Part shown: positions 49,810 to 64,000 of the stretch, one piece after another
Position numbering within the stretch: the first letter of the stretch is position 1
Layout: each line of letters begins with the position of its first letter
Source of the DNA: Macrostomum lignano
Lineage: Eukaryota
Reading direction: 5' to 3'
NCBI GenBank assembly: GCA_002269645.1
Contig: NIVC01002208.1
Coordinates: 17,892 to 81,891, forward strand
DNA: 64,000 nt
Program-made: the position numbers and the translations under genes
Notes under the pieces: model-generated
Told to the model about the DNA's origin: nothing
What the model saw: the letters and a program-made list of their open reading frames with translations, nothing else
The model's database searches: none

Positions 49810-50947
49810 ATTCTTTTTGCTACTTACTTCTAGTGACAAAATGAAACTTTTAGGCAAGACAGGATGAGTGTAACTCTTGCCGCAGTATGCTTAACAGAAA
49901 TCGTCAAAATGCATGCAATATCCATAAGGGACATATAAATTGGGAAATTTTTGAAGCTCAAAAGAATGGCCAGTTAGTTTCTTCGATAAAATGATAGCAA
50001 AACAGGCCAAACTGTAAACTGTAAAGGTAGATTAGTAACCTACAATATCTCTCTTCCATTTTTCATGAAAATTACAAGTGTATATAAGCAAACAAATATA
50101 TATTTAATATCTGAACTTTATAAATTACAAAATATATCCCAAAAAGATAAGTGTATTCCTAAATTTTCCTTAAAAAGTCATTCAACTTAGGCAAGTGACT
50201 TAAATCTAGCCAAATTCACTCTAATTTACAAGGGGTATTGCAAATTTTTTCTATACTATGTTCACTATAAATAGCAGGTTTGTTTAAATAAGTACAAAAT
50301 ATACCTACATTCTCTTTCACATTTGTTTTATTAAAGCATTAAATTTCACAGCAATACCATACACCTAGCAAAAAGTTATCAGCATTGCAAAACTGTAACT
50401 AAGAAATTTCTAGCACAATTTCGAATTTTGCACTTTTTTGACATAGGCAAAATGGCAAATGCTTGTATTGGTGTCAAAAAGCATTCAAGTCAAAATGTAT
50501 ACCAAGTTTGCAAGCTGTAATTTTTTATGCCAGAGTACACTAGGACAAGTATATAACATAAAAATATACATTGGAGAAATCTATCATGAAAGCACCTTTT
50601 TGACTGTGGGTTGATATATGATATTATAAATAAAATTTTAATGTTACTATTAACTTTATATATTCTAAAGAGGATATAGAAGTCTAGAAAAGGGGATTAG
50701 CCCTAACATGCTCAGTTGGGTTGAGTTTTTATTGCTATTTTTAATTCTGCTATTATATATTGGACTTAAACTATCAATGATATGTAAAATTAGGCTCCAA
50801 TCTTTGCATGTTTCAGCTTCCCACACCCAATAATTTCTGTCTGCTTGGTCAGCAGCAAAGAGAACCTTCAAAGCTCCTGGTTACTGAAGCGTAGTAAAGC
50901 GATAAAAAAAGCAATCAAACAAACAAATTTTCACCCGGCGCACCCAG

Positions 50948-53900
50948 GCAAAATCTGGAGTCGAAGTTGAGCCCAGGCCGGTCCCCGCACGCTTTGGTGG
51001 CTGGCAGAGGCCCGCAGCAGCCGCCGTCTGTTTCAATCCGGCCTCGCCGTAATGACGAATCGCCAGCCGGCATCCAGCAGTCCGTAGACGATCGACGCAA
51101 ACGGCTGAGCGACCAGCGCGACAAATTCTACACGGACTACGAGCAGACTCGCTCGGCCAACCCGGCCGCTGAGAAGGCGGACTTTAATAATTCGGCGTTG
51201 TCAGCCAAAGCGAAACAGCCGCCTCCGAATCGACGAACTCGCCGATCGCCGTTGGCTGATTCATCTTCGTCATCTTCGTCGGAGGACGACTCGGACGATT
51301 CGGACGACTCAGGCGAGTGCTACCTGGAGCAGCCTGACGCTGAGCAGCAGCCGGAGGAGCCCGTCACCGACAGTCAGCGATCTTCGACCATATCTACTGA
51401 CGACGATTCTGAGTCGGACTCGGACGAGGAGGTCGGCAGGGACCTGTACACCCAGGACTTGGACGCTGAGATTGAAACGCTGCAGATCGCATCTATAGAA
51501 GACTTGGTAAAGTACTCTCAGGATCACGTGACCAGAGGCCAGGCGGCCCAGCGACTTCACGAAACCAAGACAAAGCAATTGGCCCAGGCCAGAGCCAAGC
51601 AGCAGAAGAAAAAGAAGCAGCAGCCGCTGCCAAATCCGCCTCAGCTGAGGAGGCCGCCGCCCCAGCAGCAGAATCCAGCCGGGCTGCCAACCATAACCGA
51701 GCGCAACTCCGAGTACTACTCAGAGTCTGAGTCTTCGCTAAGTCGCAGCTCCAGCGTTGGCTCATCTTTCGGCAAATCCGACCTTCGCGTAACCACCGCA
51801 GCCGCCGCAGTCGCCGCCGGTAAGCAGCGCAAGGTAGACAGCATTGTCGAGGAGGCCACTGAGCCGGAGAAGACAGCGGACACAGTTGACAGCTCCGCAT
51901 CCCCATCGGCCGCTCCGCCTGATCCCAACGATCCGGACAATCTTCGTCAACTTCTCACCCGCCAGTTAGCCGCGTCAAAAGCCGCCGCCTCCAAATACTC
52001 GCCGCTGCCGCTCGGCCCAAAGCCGTTCAGTGCGGCTGGTGCAGCTCAGCAAATCGCTCGGCCGCGTCCACCGCCTCCGCCGCCGCCTTCTAAGGCGCCC
52101 CATCCGATTGCTTCCAAAAAGCCCGAACAGGAACAGCAGAAGCAGCTCGCCACCGAGGCTGCTCCGCCCTCACCAATAGAGGAGACGCCAGTTGTCACAA
52201 ACGCTCAAATGCAGAGGCAAACTCCGCCGCAGACATCGCAGGCGGCAGGCGCCAACGCCGCGGCAGATGGTAGCGCCATTGAATCGAAGCGGAACCCGGG
52301 TGTGCGCGCCCTCATCGCCAGCATGGAAGACCGCGGCCGTCCAGAGAAACCGCCGCCGCCGCCACCGAAGCCGGCTAAGAAACCCGCAACGCCGCCGCAG
52401 TTTGTTCAACCTCAGCCGCAGCCCCAGGTATCGGAGCAATCATCGGAGGACGAGGGTCCGGGCAGCTACGTCCGGGTGCCGACGCTGAGCGCTCTGCCCG
52501 GTGCCAAGTTGCAGTCGCAACCGCGCCGAAATCGAGAGAACTTTCAACTCAAATGAACCAACGCCTGGGCCTGAACCCGCCGCTTGGTGCCAGCAGGGCC
52601 GCCTCGCAGCCGCAGCCGTTCCGACAACCGGCAGCCGAGGCATCTTCGGCAGCGGCTCCGTCGGCTAAATCGGACGAGAATCTGGCCGAAGCGGCCCGAC
52701 TGGTTAGCGCTGGCAAGAAGCAGCACGCTGACGACGTTGTTCGCGAACTGATCTCCATGGACAACACGATCGACCACGTGGACGAGGACTTGGGTCACAT
52801 CGACAAAACCCTTGGCCGCATGGCCAATTCCAATCGGTTGCTGCTGTCCAACCCGGATCTGAGCAGAGACGCAGAGCTGGACGTCGACGTTGCCGTTGGC
52901 GACATGCAGGTGCAGACGGAGGAACCGCCGGCGCCGACGCCTGTTAAATCCAGAGCGGCTGCCGTTGCAGTCAAAGAGACTTCCATTGACTCGGAAGAAG
53001 AAGAGGAATCTGAAGAAGAGAGCAGCAGCTCGTCAAGCTTTGAGTCCTCATCTGACGACGATGATGACGATGAAGGTAGAGAAGAAGAACAAGCTGTACA
53101 GGAACCTGCTGCTCCATCGAAACCGGCTCCACCTGCAGTTTCTGTTGCCGCCACCACGCCAACTTCATCGTCATCCGCTACGACTGCTACTCAAAAGCCT
53201 CAACCGGCGGAGAAGGCAGCAGCCGCTCCATCGCGACCCAGCCTAGCCGACAAGTTCAGTCGGATCAGTCAGGATAGCCTGACCCCCGATAACAGCTCCG
53301 CTGAGCAGCCGCCGTTGCCAACGCCGTCAAAGATGTCGTTGAAGGAGAAGATCAAGTCCTTTGAGGCAACGGGCAGGCAGCACCAGTACGCCACGCCAGA
53401 ACCGCCCGCCACCGAGCCGGCTGCACCTCCGCCTATGCCGAAGCCGCGCGGTCCGACTGTCACGCCAGACGCTGCCACCAGCGTTTCGGCGCCGCCAGAG
53501 GCCACTCCCAGAGTAGCAGCCAGGAGTTCGCAGCAGCGGCCGCCAAATCAGCAGGCTCCGAGCCCGAAGCAGCAGCGGGATGAGCCAATCTACGCGAACG
53601 TGCCGCAACGGCAGTCGCCGCCGCAGCCGACGCCTCCGCCCCAGTCGCAACCGCAGCCGCCACCTCGCAGACACAATCGAAGCGGAGCTGCTGTCGAGGA
53701 TGACGAAGATACCGACGGTAGCACGGCTACAGAAACGGACAGCGATACGGAGACTGAGGAAGAGGAATCGACGGCAGTGGCAGTCGCTCCGGCGCCATCT
53801 CCCGCGCCACGCGACATGCGCCCGCCGCCGCCGCCTCCGCCGAAGCCGCGCAGTCGCGATCTAGACGACGAGGCCGACAGCGACGAATTTGGTCAGGCCG

Positions 53901-56900
53901 GCCGGGCCCAGCCGTTCGGCGGGGAAAGTACAGCAAAAAGGTGGCCACGCTGGATGCGTACGCGGCCTCCGCTTCTTCGCTAGCCTCGTCCACAGCGGCA
54001 GGCGGCGGTAGCGGCGCGGCCATGCAGGTGATCCGGCGCGCACGAGAGCAGGAACGCGACGCCGAGTTCAGCCGGGCTAAACGAGCTTCTCGATCCCTCG
54101 GGCCGAAGGAGCGGCGTCGGCAGAAGACCAAATCGGCGGAGTTGGCCGACGAGCGCTACAAAGGCGTCGATCTGGAGCAGCCGAAGTCAACCCAGATGGA
54201 ACTGCAGCAGCAGCAACAGCAGAAGATGTTTCAGCAGCAACAGCAACAACAGTTGCTGCAGCCTCGCCAACCAAGAAAGAAGTTTGCCAGCTCCGGCAAC
54301 CTGCTGGAAGGAGGCGGCGAGACTGAGGACGACGAGTTCGGCTCGGGCGACACCCAGGAAGACTTCCTAGTGAGCGCTGGGGAGACCGCGGCCTACGCCC
54401 CGGTGGTGTACCCGCCAAACTCGGCGGCCAGTCAGCATCAGCGGACCCGCAGTCTGGACCTTCTTGGCCCGGACCTGCCCGGCGGTTCCGTCTCCACAGG
54501 CGGGCCCGGCAGCGTCGTGTCCAGCATGATGACGATGAATGTTGGCGGCAAAGACCCGACCGAGCTGGCCTTGATGCTGGAACGGTACCTGGCTCAGAAG
54601 CGAGACGAGAAGATCAATAATATGATGCTGGCGCTGCGCAGCCAGGACCCGGCCAAGTACGCGGCTCTGACGTCTCAATACAAGGACGAGCTGGGCATGC
54701 TCGATGCGGCACCCGCAGGATGCGGGCCGCCTCGCACGAGGACCTGCTAGGTGCCGGGGTCGATGCTGGTCAAATCCCGCGCATGTACGCCAGCCAGCTC
54801 CGGGCCGTAGGTTCGACATCGACTCTGCTGAATAACCTGGACCCGGGCGTCACCAATGTGTACCGGCCCGGAGGGTACTTTGCGCGACGGTACAGCCGGA
54901 TATGCGACTCTGCAGCGTCCGCTTGAGCCGGTCCGCTCCGTGTTCTGGAATCCCGGCGTGCCGGAGACGCCGCCGCCGGCGATGCGGCCGCCGCCGAAGC
55001 CGATGCCGCCCGGCCTGTCCAAGACGGTGCCGCCGGACGGTTGGAAGTCGATCGACGATCACGTGATGGAACTGTTTGACGTGGATTGTAATACATTCGC
55101 CGAGCAGGTGAACAGCTTGTGCGGCCGCTACCAGTCTGATGTGGAGAAATGCCGAGCAATATTCCGTTTCCTAACGGCCCGAGCAACCAGCCGCTGTCCT
55201 ACGATCCGCAGGCGCCGGTGACCACTCTGATTGGCTGCCTGCGCGCCGTTCAGATGGGCGAAGTTTCGCCGCACGAACTCTTCAAACGGATGTGCGCTTA
55301 CGCCGGCTTTCACTGCGAGATCTTGCACGGCTACTCTAAAGGCGCCGGTTATAGGCCCGGGATGAATGTCAAGGATAACAGGATGTTTCGCAATACTTGG
55401 ACTGCCGTCTATGTTGAGGGTGAGATTATACGTTGGGAGTTACTGCGTCAAGTTGATGACCAGATGACTATAATAAATGATCAAAGAAGAGAATTAGAGC
55501 AGTGCCTAACAAGGGATCAGAGTAGATAGCAGTGTCTAACAAGGGATCAGAGTAGATAGCAGTGTCTAACAAGGGATCAGAGTAGATAGCAGTGTCTAAC
55601 AAGGGATCAGAGTAGATAGCAGTGTCTAACAAGGGATCAGAGTAGATAGCAGTGCTTAACAAGGGATCAGAGTAGATAGCAGTGTCTAACAAGGGATCAG
55701 AGTAGATAGCAGTGCTTAACAAGGGATCAGAGTAGATAGCAGTGTCTAACAAGGGATCAGAGTAGATAGCAGTGTCTAACAAGGGATCAGAGTAGATAGC
55801 AGTGCTAACAAGGGATCAGAGTAGATAGCAGTGTCTAACAAGGGATCAGAGTAGATAGCAGTGTCTAACAAGGGATCAGAGTAGATAGCAGTGTCTAACA
55901 AGGGATCAGAGTAGATAGCAGTGCTTAACAAGGGATCAGAGTAGATAGCAGTGTCTAACAAGGGATCAGAGTAGATAGCAGTGTCTAACAAGGGATCAGA
56001 GTAGATAGCAGTGCTTAACAAGGGATCAGAGTAGATAGCAGTGTCTAACAAGGGATCAGAGTAGATAGCAGTGCTTAACAAGGGATCAGAGTAGATAGCA
56101 GTGCTTAACAAGGGATCAGAGTAGATAGCAGTGCTTAACAAGGGATCAGAGTAGATAGCAGTGTCTAACAAGGGATCAGAGTAGATAGCAGTGCTTAACA
56201 AGGGATCAGAGTAGATAGCAGTGTCTAACAAGGGATCAGAGTAGATAGCACTCTCTGAACGACTCACAAATAGGCCTGAAGCTTCGTGGGCTGAATAAAA
56301 CAATTGTATGATCGAGGGACATTTTCCGCATTTTCTACCCAAGGCTGCTGGCGCTTTGTCAACGTCGCCTGGGGCGGGCGTCGGCTTCGTCAACAGGGCG
56401 GCGAGACAACTCTTCGACTGGGCTGCGACAATTTCTACTTCTTGACAGAGCCTGACGAGCACATCTTTGAGCACTATCCGGACGAGAAGCGTTGGCAATT
56501 ATTGCGCTCGCCGATTGCGCTGAGCCACTTCATGAAATTGCCGCTGCTCAAGTCGCCATTCTTCAACGCCGGAATGCGTTTAAAGAAAGGCAAATACGAC
56601 GACACTTTGGTGACGCAGAACGGCCGAATCAGCTTGAAAATCGGCCTCACTAAATTTGTTGGCGTCAGCTGCCAGCTGCAGAACCGGTCGGACATGTCCG
56701 CTATGCGGGGCAAGACGCTGGTGCGCCTCATCGGGGATGTCCTGCACGTGCTGGCCTCGCCTGCTCAGCCGGGCACTTACTTTCTCAACGTGTTCGTCAC
56801 GCCGGACTGGACGTCGAATGAGCACGAATTAGCGGCTAGCTTTCAGGTGAGATTGTTTTGCGCCCCGACTCTGATCGTGTGTATGAGAGCAGCTGCAAGC

Positions 56901-57974
56901 TTTCTACGATCGCGTCCTTCTACCACTGAAAGGTCAGGGTTCGATTCTCAACCCACTCGGAACAATTTGTGTCCTTGAGAAAGACACTTAACTCTGTACA
57001 TTGCTTCAGTGCATCCAGCTGTAAAATGGGTGCCAGCACTAGCTGGGGTATGTTTTTGGCGACCCCCCAGTCCTTGGACTGAACAGCCGTACGCAGCCTT
57101 CATTAAAGGTGTGCCTTTAATACACGCACACACCTTTAACAACCAATTTTGCCAGGTAAAATGCGCTGAAAACAACTTCGACCGTCTGGCTCTCGGCCGC
57201 TACCCGGAGGTCGGCTTCCTTGGCGCTACACCGGCCGCACAAAAGTACGGGGTGAGCTTTTTAACCTCTCACGGCGCCAAAACTCCGATGGATCCGTACT
57301 ACGTGCACAATTCCAAAGAGGTGCTGCGCATGCCGTTGGTGTTCTCGCCCGGGTTGAAAATCGCTCACCAGATGAAGTGCTACCAGCGGGCCGGCAAGAG
57401 CACCGAACAGTGCGACGACTATGCGCTGCTGCAGTGCCGCGGTAAGCAGCAGTCCGAGTACTGGATCGCCTGCCCTGCCGACGGCTACTACTTCTTCACG
57501 GTCTACGCCGCCGAGATAGCCGCAGCAGCAGGCGCCGGTGGCGATGCTTCCACGGCCGAAAGTGTCGACGACGAAGCTGGCGGCGGCGAAGAGCTGGAAT
57601 GTGTGTATCGCCTGTTGATTGACTGCCGGCGCGGCATGGGCAAGGTGCCGCCTTACCCGAACCAGACCAGCCTGTTCAGTGGCTGCTTACTGCACGACCC
57701 GATGCAGAAACACCTGGACGTTGGCCGAAAGTACACCTTCAGATTGGAGGCCAAGCATTGCAGGGCGGTGGCTGTTGTGCTGAACGGCCAGACCTGGATA
57801 GACCTGCAGCAGGGCCGGTCGGGTAACGGGGTCTGGTCCAAGAAGCTGAACGTTGGCGAAGAGCTGGGCGAGCTGTCGGTCTATGGCCAGTTCGACACCG
57901 ACGAAGATGGCAAGTTTAACAAACTGTTGGACTATGACATTGTGCAGCGCCTGTCCAATGTTAGTAAGTCCTGA
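50948..57974 (+). CDS. Hillarin/KY-like transglutaminase-fold protein with long low-complexity N-terminus (five apparent frameshifts in exon 1)
   Basis: Exons about 50948-55419, 56344-56846, 57156-57974. Motifs EKCRAIFRFL, HELFKRMCAYAGFHCEILHGYSKGAGYRPG, RNTWTAV, WRFVNVAWG, YFLTEPDEHIFEHYPDEKRWQLL, FMKLPLLKSPFF. Frame changes near 52505, 53900, 54720, 54870, 55180. 5' end uncertain. Confidence 0.85.
55497..56250. repeat. 30-bp minisatellite (AGTAGATAGCAGTGTCTAACAAGGGATCAG), about 25 units, hillarin-like intron
   Basis: Direct tandem units. Confidence 0.97.
56900..57102 (+). mobile_element. tRNA-derived CORE-like SINE (copy E, truncated), intronic
   Basis: GGTTCGATTC, GTGTCCTTGAGAAAGACACTTAACTC, CAGCTGTAAAATGGG. 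Confidence 0.85.
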
Positions 57975-59625
57975 GCCTGGTGTAAACCTCTGCTTTAACA
58001 TTGGCATTAATCCCTGTGCTAATCTGTGAATGCTTGCGTACATGTGCCGTCTTGTTAAATAGAAGCATTCCAATGTCAATGCCAGTTGCGTACATGTGCC
58101 GGTCTTGTTAAATAGAAGCATTCCAATGTGTTCTGTCATTGATTATATGGCATTATCTTGTGATTCTTATTTGTGTTTTTTATGGAATAGTAGTCGTAGG
58201 CTGCAAATGTAAAGTTCATGTAGTTAACCTAGTTTATGCAACTGTTTTGCACTTTAATACTCGAATGCACTTTGATACATTCCAACTTGTTTTGTTTTGT
58301 CAATATTTCATACATTATATAACATTCCAAAGTTTCTAAGGTTTGCTGCTGTGCCTTTTACTCATTTTTGTGATACTAATTAGGAAAATTTTTGAGCCAA
58401 AATTTTTTATTCCTACAAAAGTTTTGTTTAAATGATTGCGTCTAAGAGTTGCAATTGCGTGTTACCTGTCGACTTCCTTTTTAGTATATTGGATTGGACT
58501 AAAGCTATTAGAGCTATTTTAGCTATCTCCCATGGCACACACACACACAACGCACGGTGCACACACAAGCAAACTCTAATTTGGAAGCTCTTACAAGGCG
58601 GGAGTGGCCTGGCCCTATAATTCGCGTATCTCTCTTACCTTCAGCACACTTGGCCTCTATGACTCAGCTATAGTTAAGTATTTTATCTACCTATCTGTGT
58701 CTCTTGTAGGTGAAGCATTGACAGGCAATGGTTCGGCTTGCTTTTGCCGTATATGTAGGTACAAGATTGTGCATGCTTGATTGTCCTCTTGGCCCTCCTC
58801 TTGGCAATGCGTTTCTTTACCAAATACTCGTACGAGCTATGTCTACGGCTCGTCCCGAGTTTGTGTGTACAATCTGTTCTCAAAAACAATGCTGTTCTGC
58901 AATTACAATTATTAAACATAACATAATCAGTATAAATATGGCTCAGCCCAAACATTCCTATTTTCAATATGATTATTGTTTTAGCTACGCCACCAACCCT
59001 GTGTATTTGTGGCAGTGTTGCATATGCTGCCTATTGCTGTGAGTAAGAATTATATGATATTGCTTAGTTGTTTTTATAAACCTACCAGATCTGTCGGGTT
59101 GAATTTGTACTTGGCTATAACTATATATATACATAATACATTGACGCGTCTGTAATGGTAACTCATTTATTTGTGGTTCTTCTCTATTCCTAGTATTGTT
59201 AATACACATCGTTACATTATCGAATTAAAAGTACAATTTAATTTCAAACGAGAAACTTGGTTGAAATTACCAGATTAAAAAGCGATGATGGATTCACACT
59301 AAGTTTTTTTACGAGTCCACTTAACAATAGCAAATTGAGTTTGAGAGAAGGACACTCCCAGACGACTCGTATTTTATAATCATATTTTCAGACATTGGAT
59401 TACGCAAAACGGCAGTTATAATGAAGATGCAGACAAAGCTCTTCAGTACCTTTGAGCAGTTTTAGTAAATTTCATTGCGCAAATCAGACTCTTATCGAGA
59501 GCTCCAGAAGTTTCTAAACATTAACGATTAACATTAATGAGTTCGAATTAATCTATGTACATGCAGTTTCATGCACTTTGGGCCAGACACAACTGACATC
59601 AACTCGCAGAAGTTAATCCATGACA

Positions 59626-64000
<4,375 letters not shown>

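Noticed and set aside
52500-55200. Programmed ribosomal frameshifting in the hillarin-like gene
   Set aside because: No canonical slippery heptamer plus structure seen at the junctions; five events in one exon and similar indels in other genes favour sequencing error.
57009-57155. Start of ORF 57009-57974 as a separate gene
   Set aside because: The first 49 codons are SINE/intron sequence; the exon begins at the acceptor at 57156.

Overview
Eukaryotic (metazoan) genomic DNA, not prokaryotic. It has GT-AG introns, GC-rich exons, about 17 kb (roughly a quarter, summed by eye) of locus-specific minisatellites and a multi-copy tRNA-derived SINE. This style suggests a free-living flatworm such as Macrostomum (inference only). 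Gene content, left to right: 3' part of the nucleoporin ELYS/AHCTF1, RNA pol II subunit RPB9 and DPM3 (all +, a candidate trans-spliced operon); a 9-exon DUR3-type urea/solute symporter (-); three intronless paralogues encoding secreted proteins with a signal peptide, an acidic spacer and an 8-Cys domain resembling beta-microseminoprotein (PSP94/MSMB), which share an 11-bp upstream motif (best novelty candidate); tRNA-Cys(GCA); a small orphan single-pass membrane protein; a hillarin/KY-like pseudo-transglutaminase with a very long low-complexity N-terminus; and the 3' part of a coiled-coil gene (-). Several genes carry single-base frameshifts in GC-rich stretches, most simply explained as long-read consensus errors. 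Most ORFs in the supplied track are repeat or antisense artefacts. All homology calls are from recalled motifs; no searches were run.
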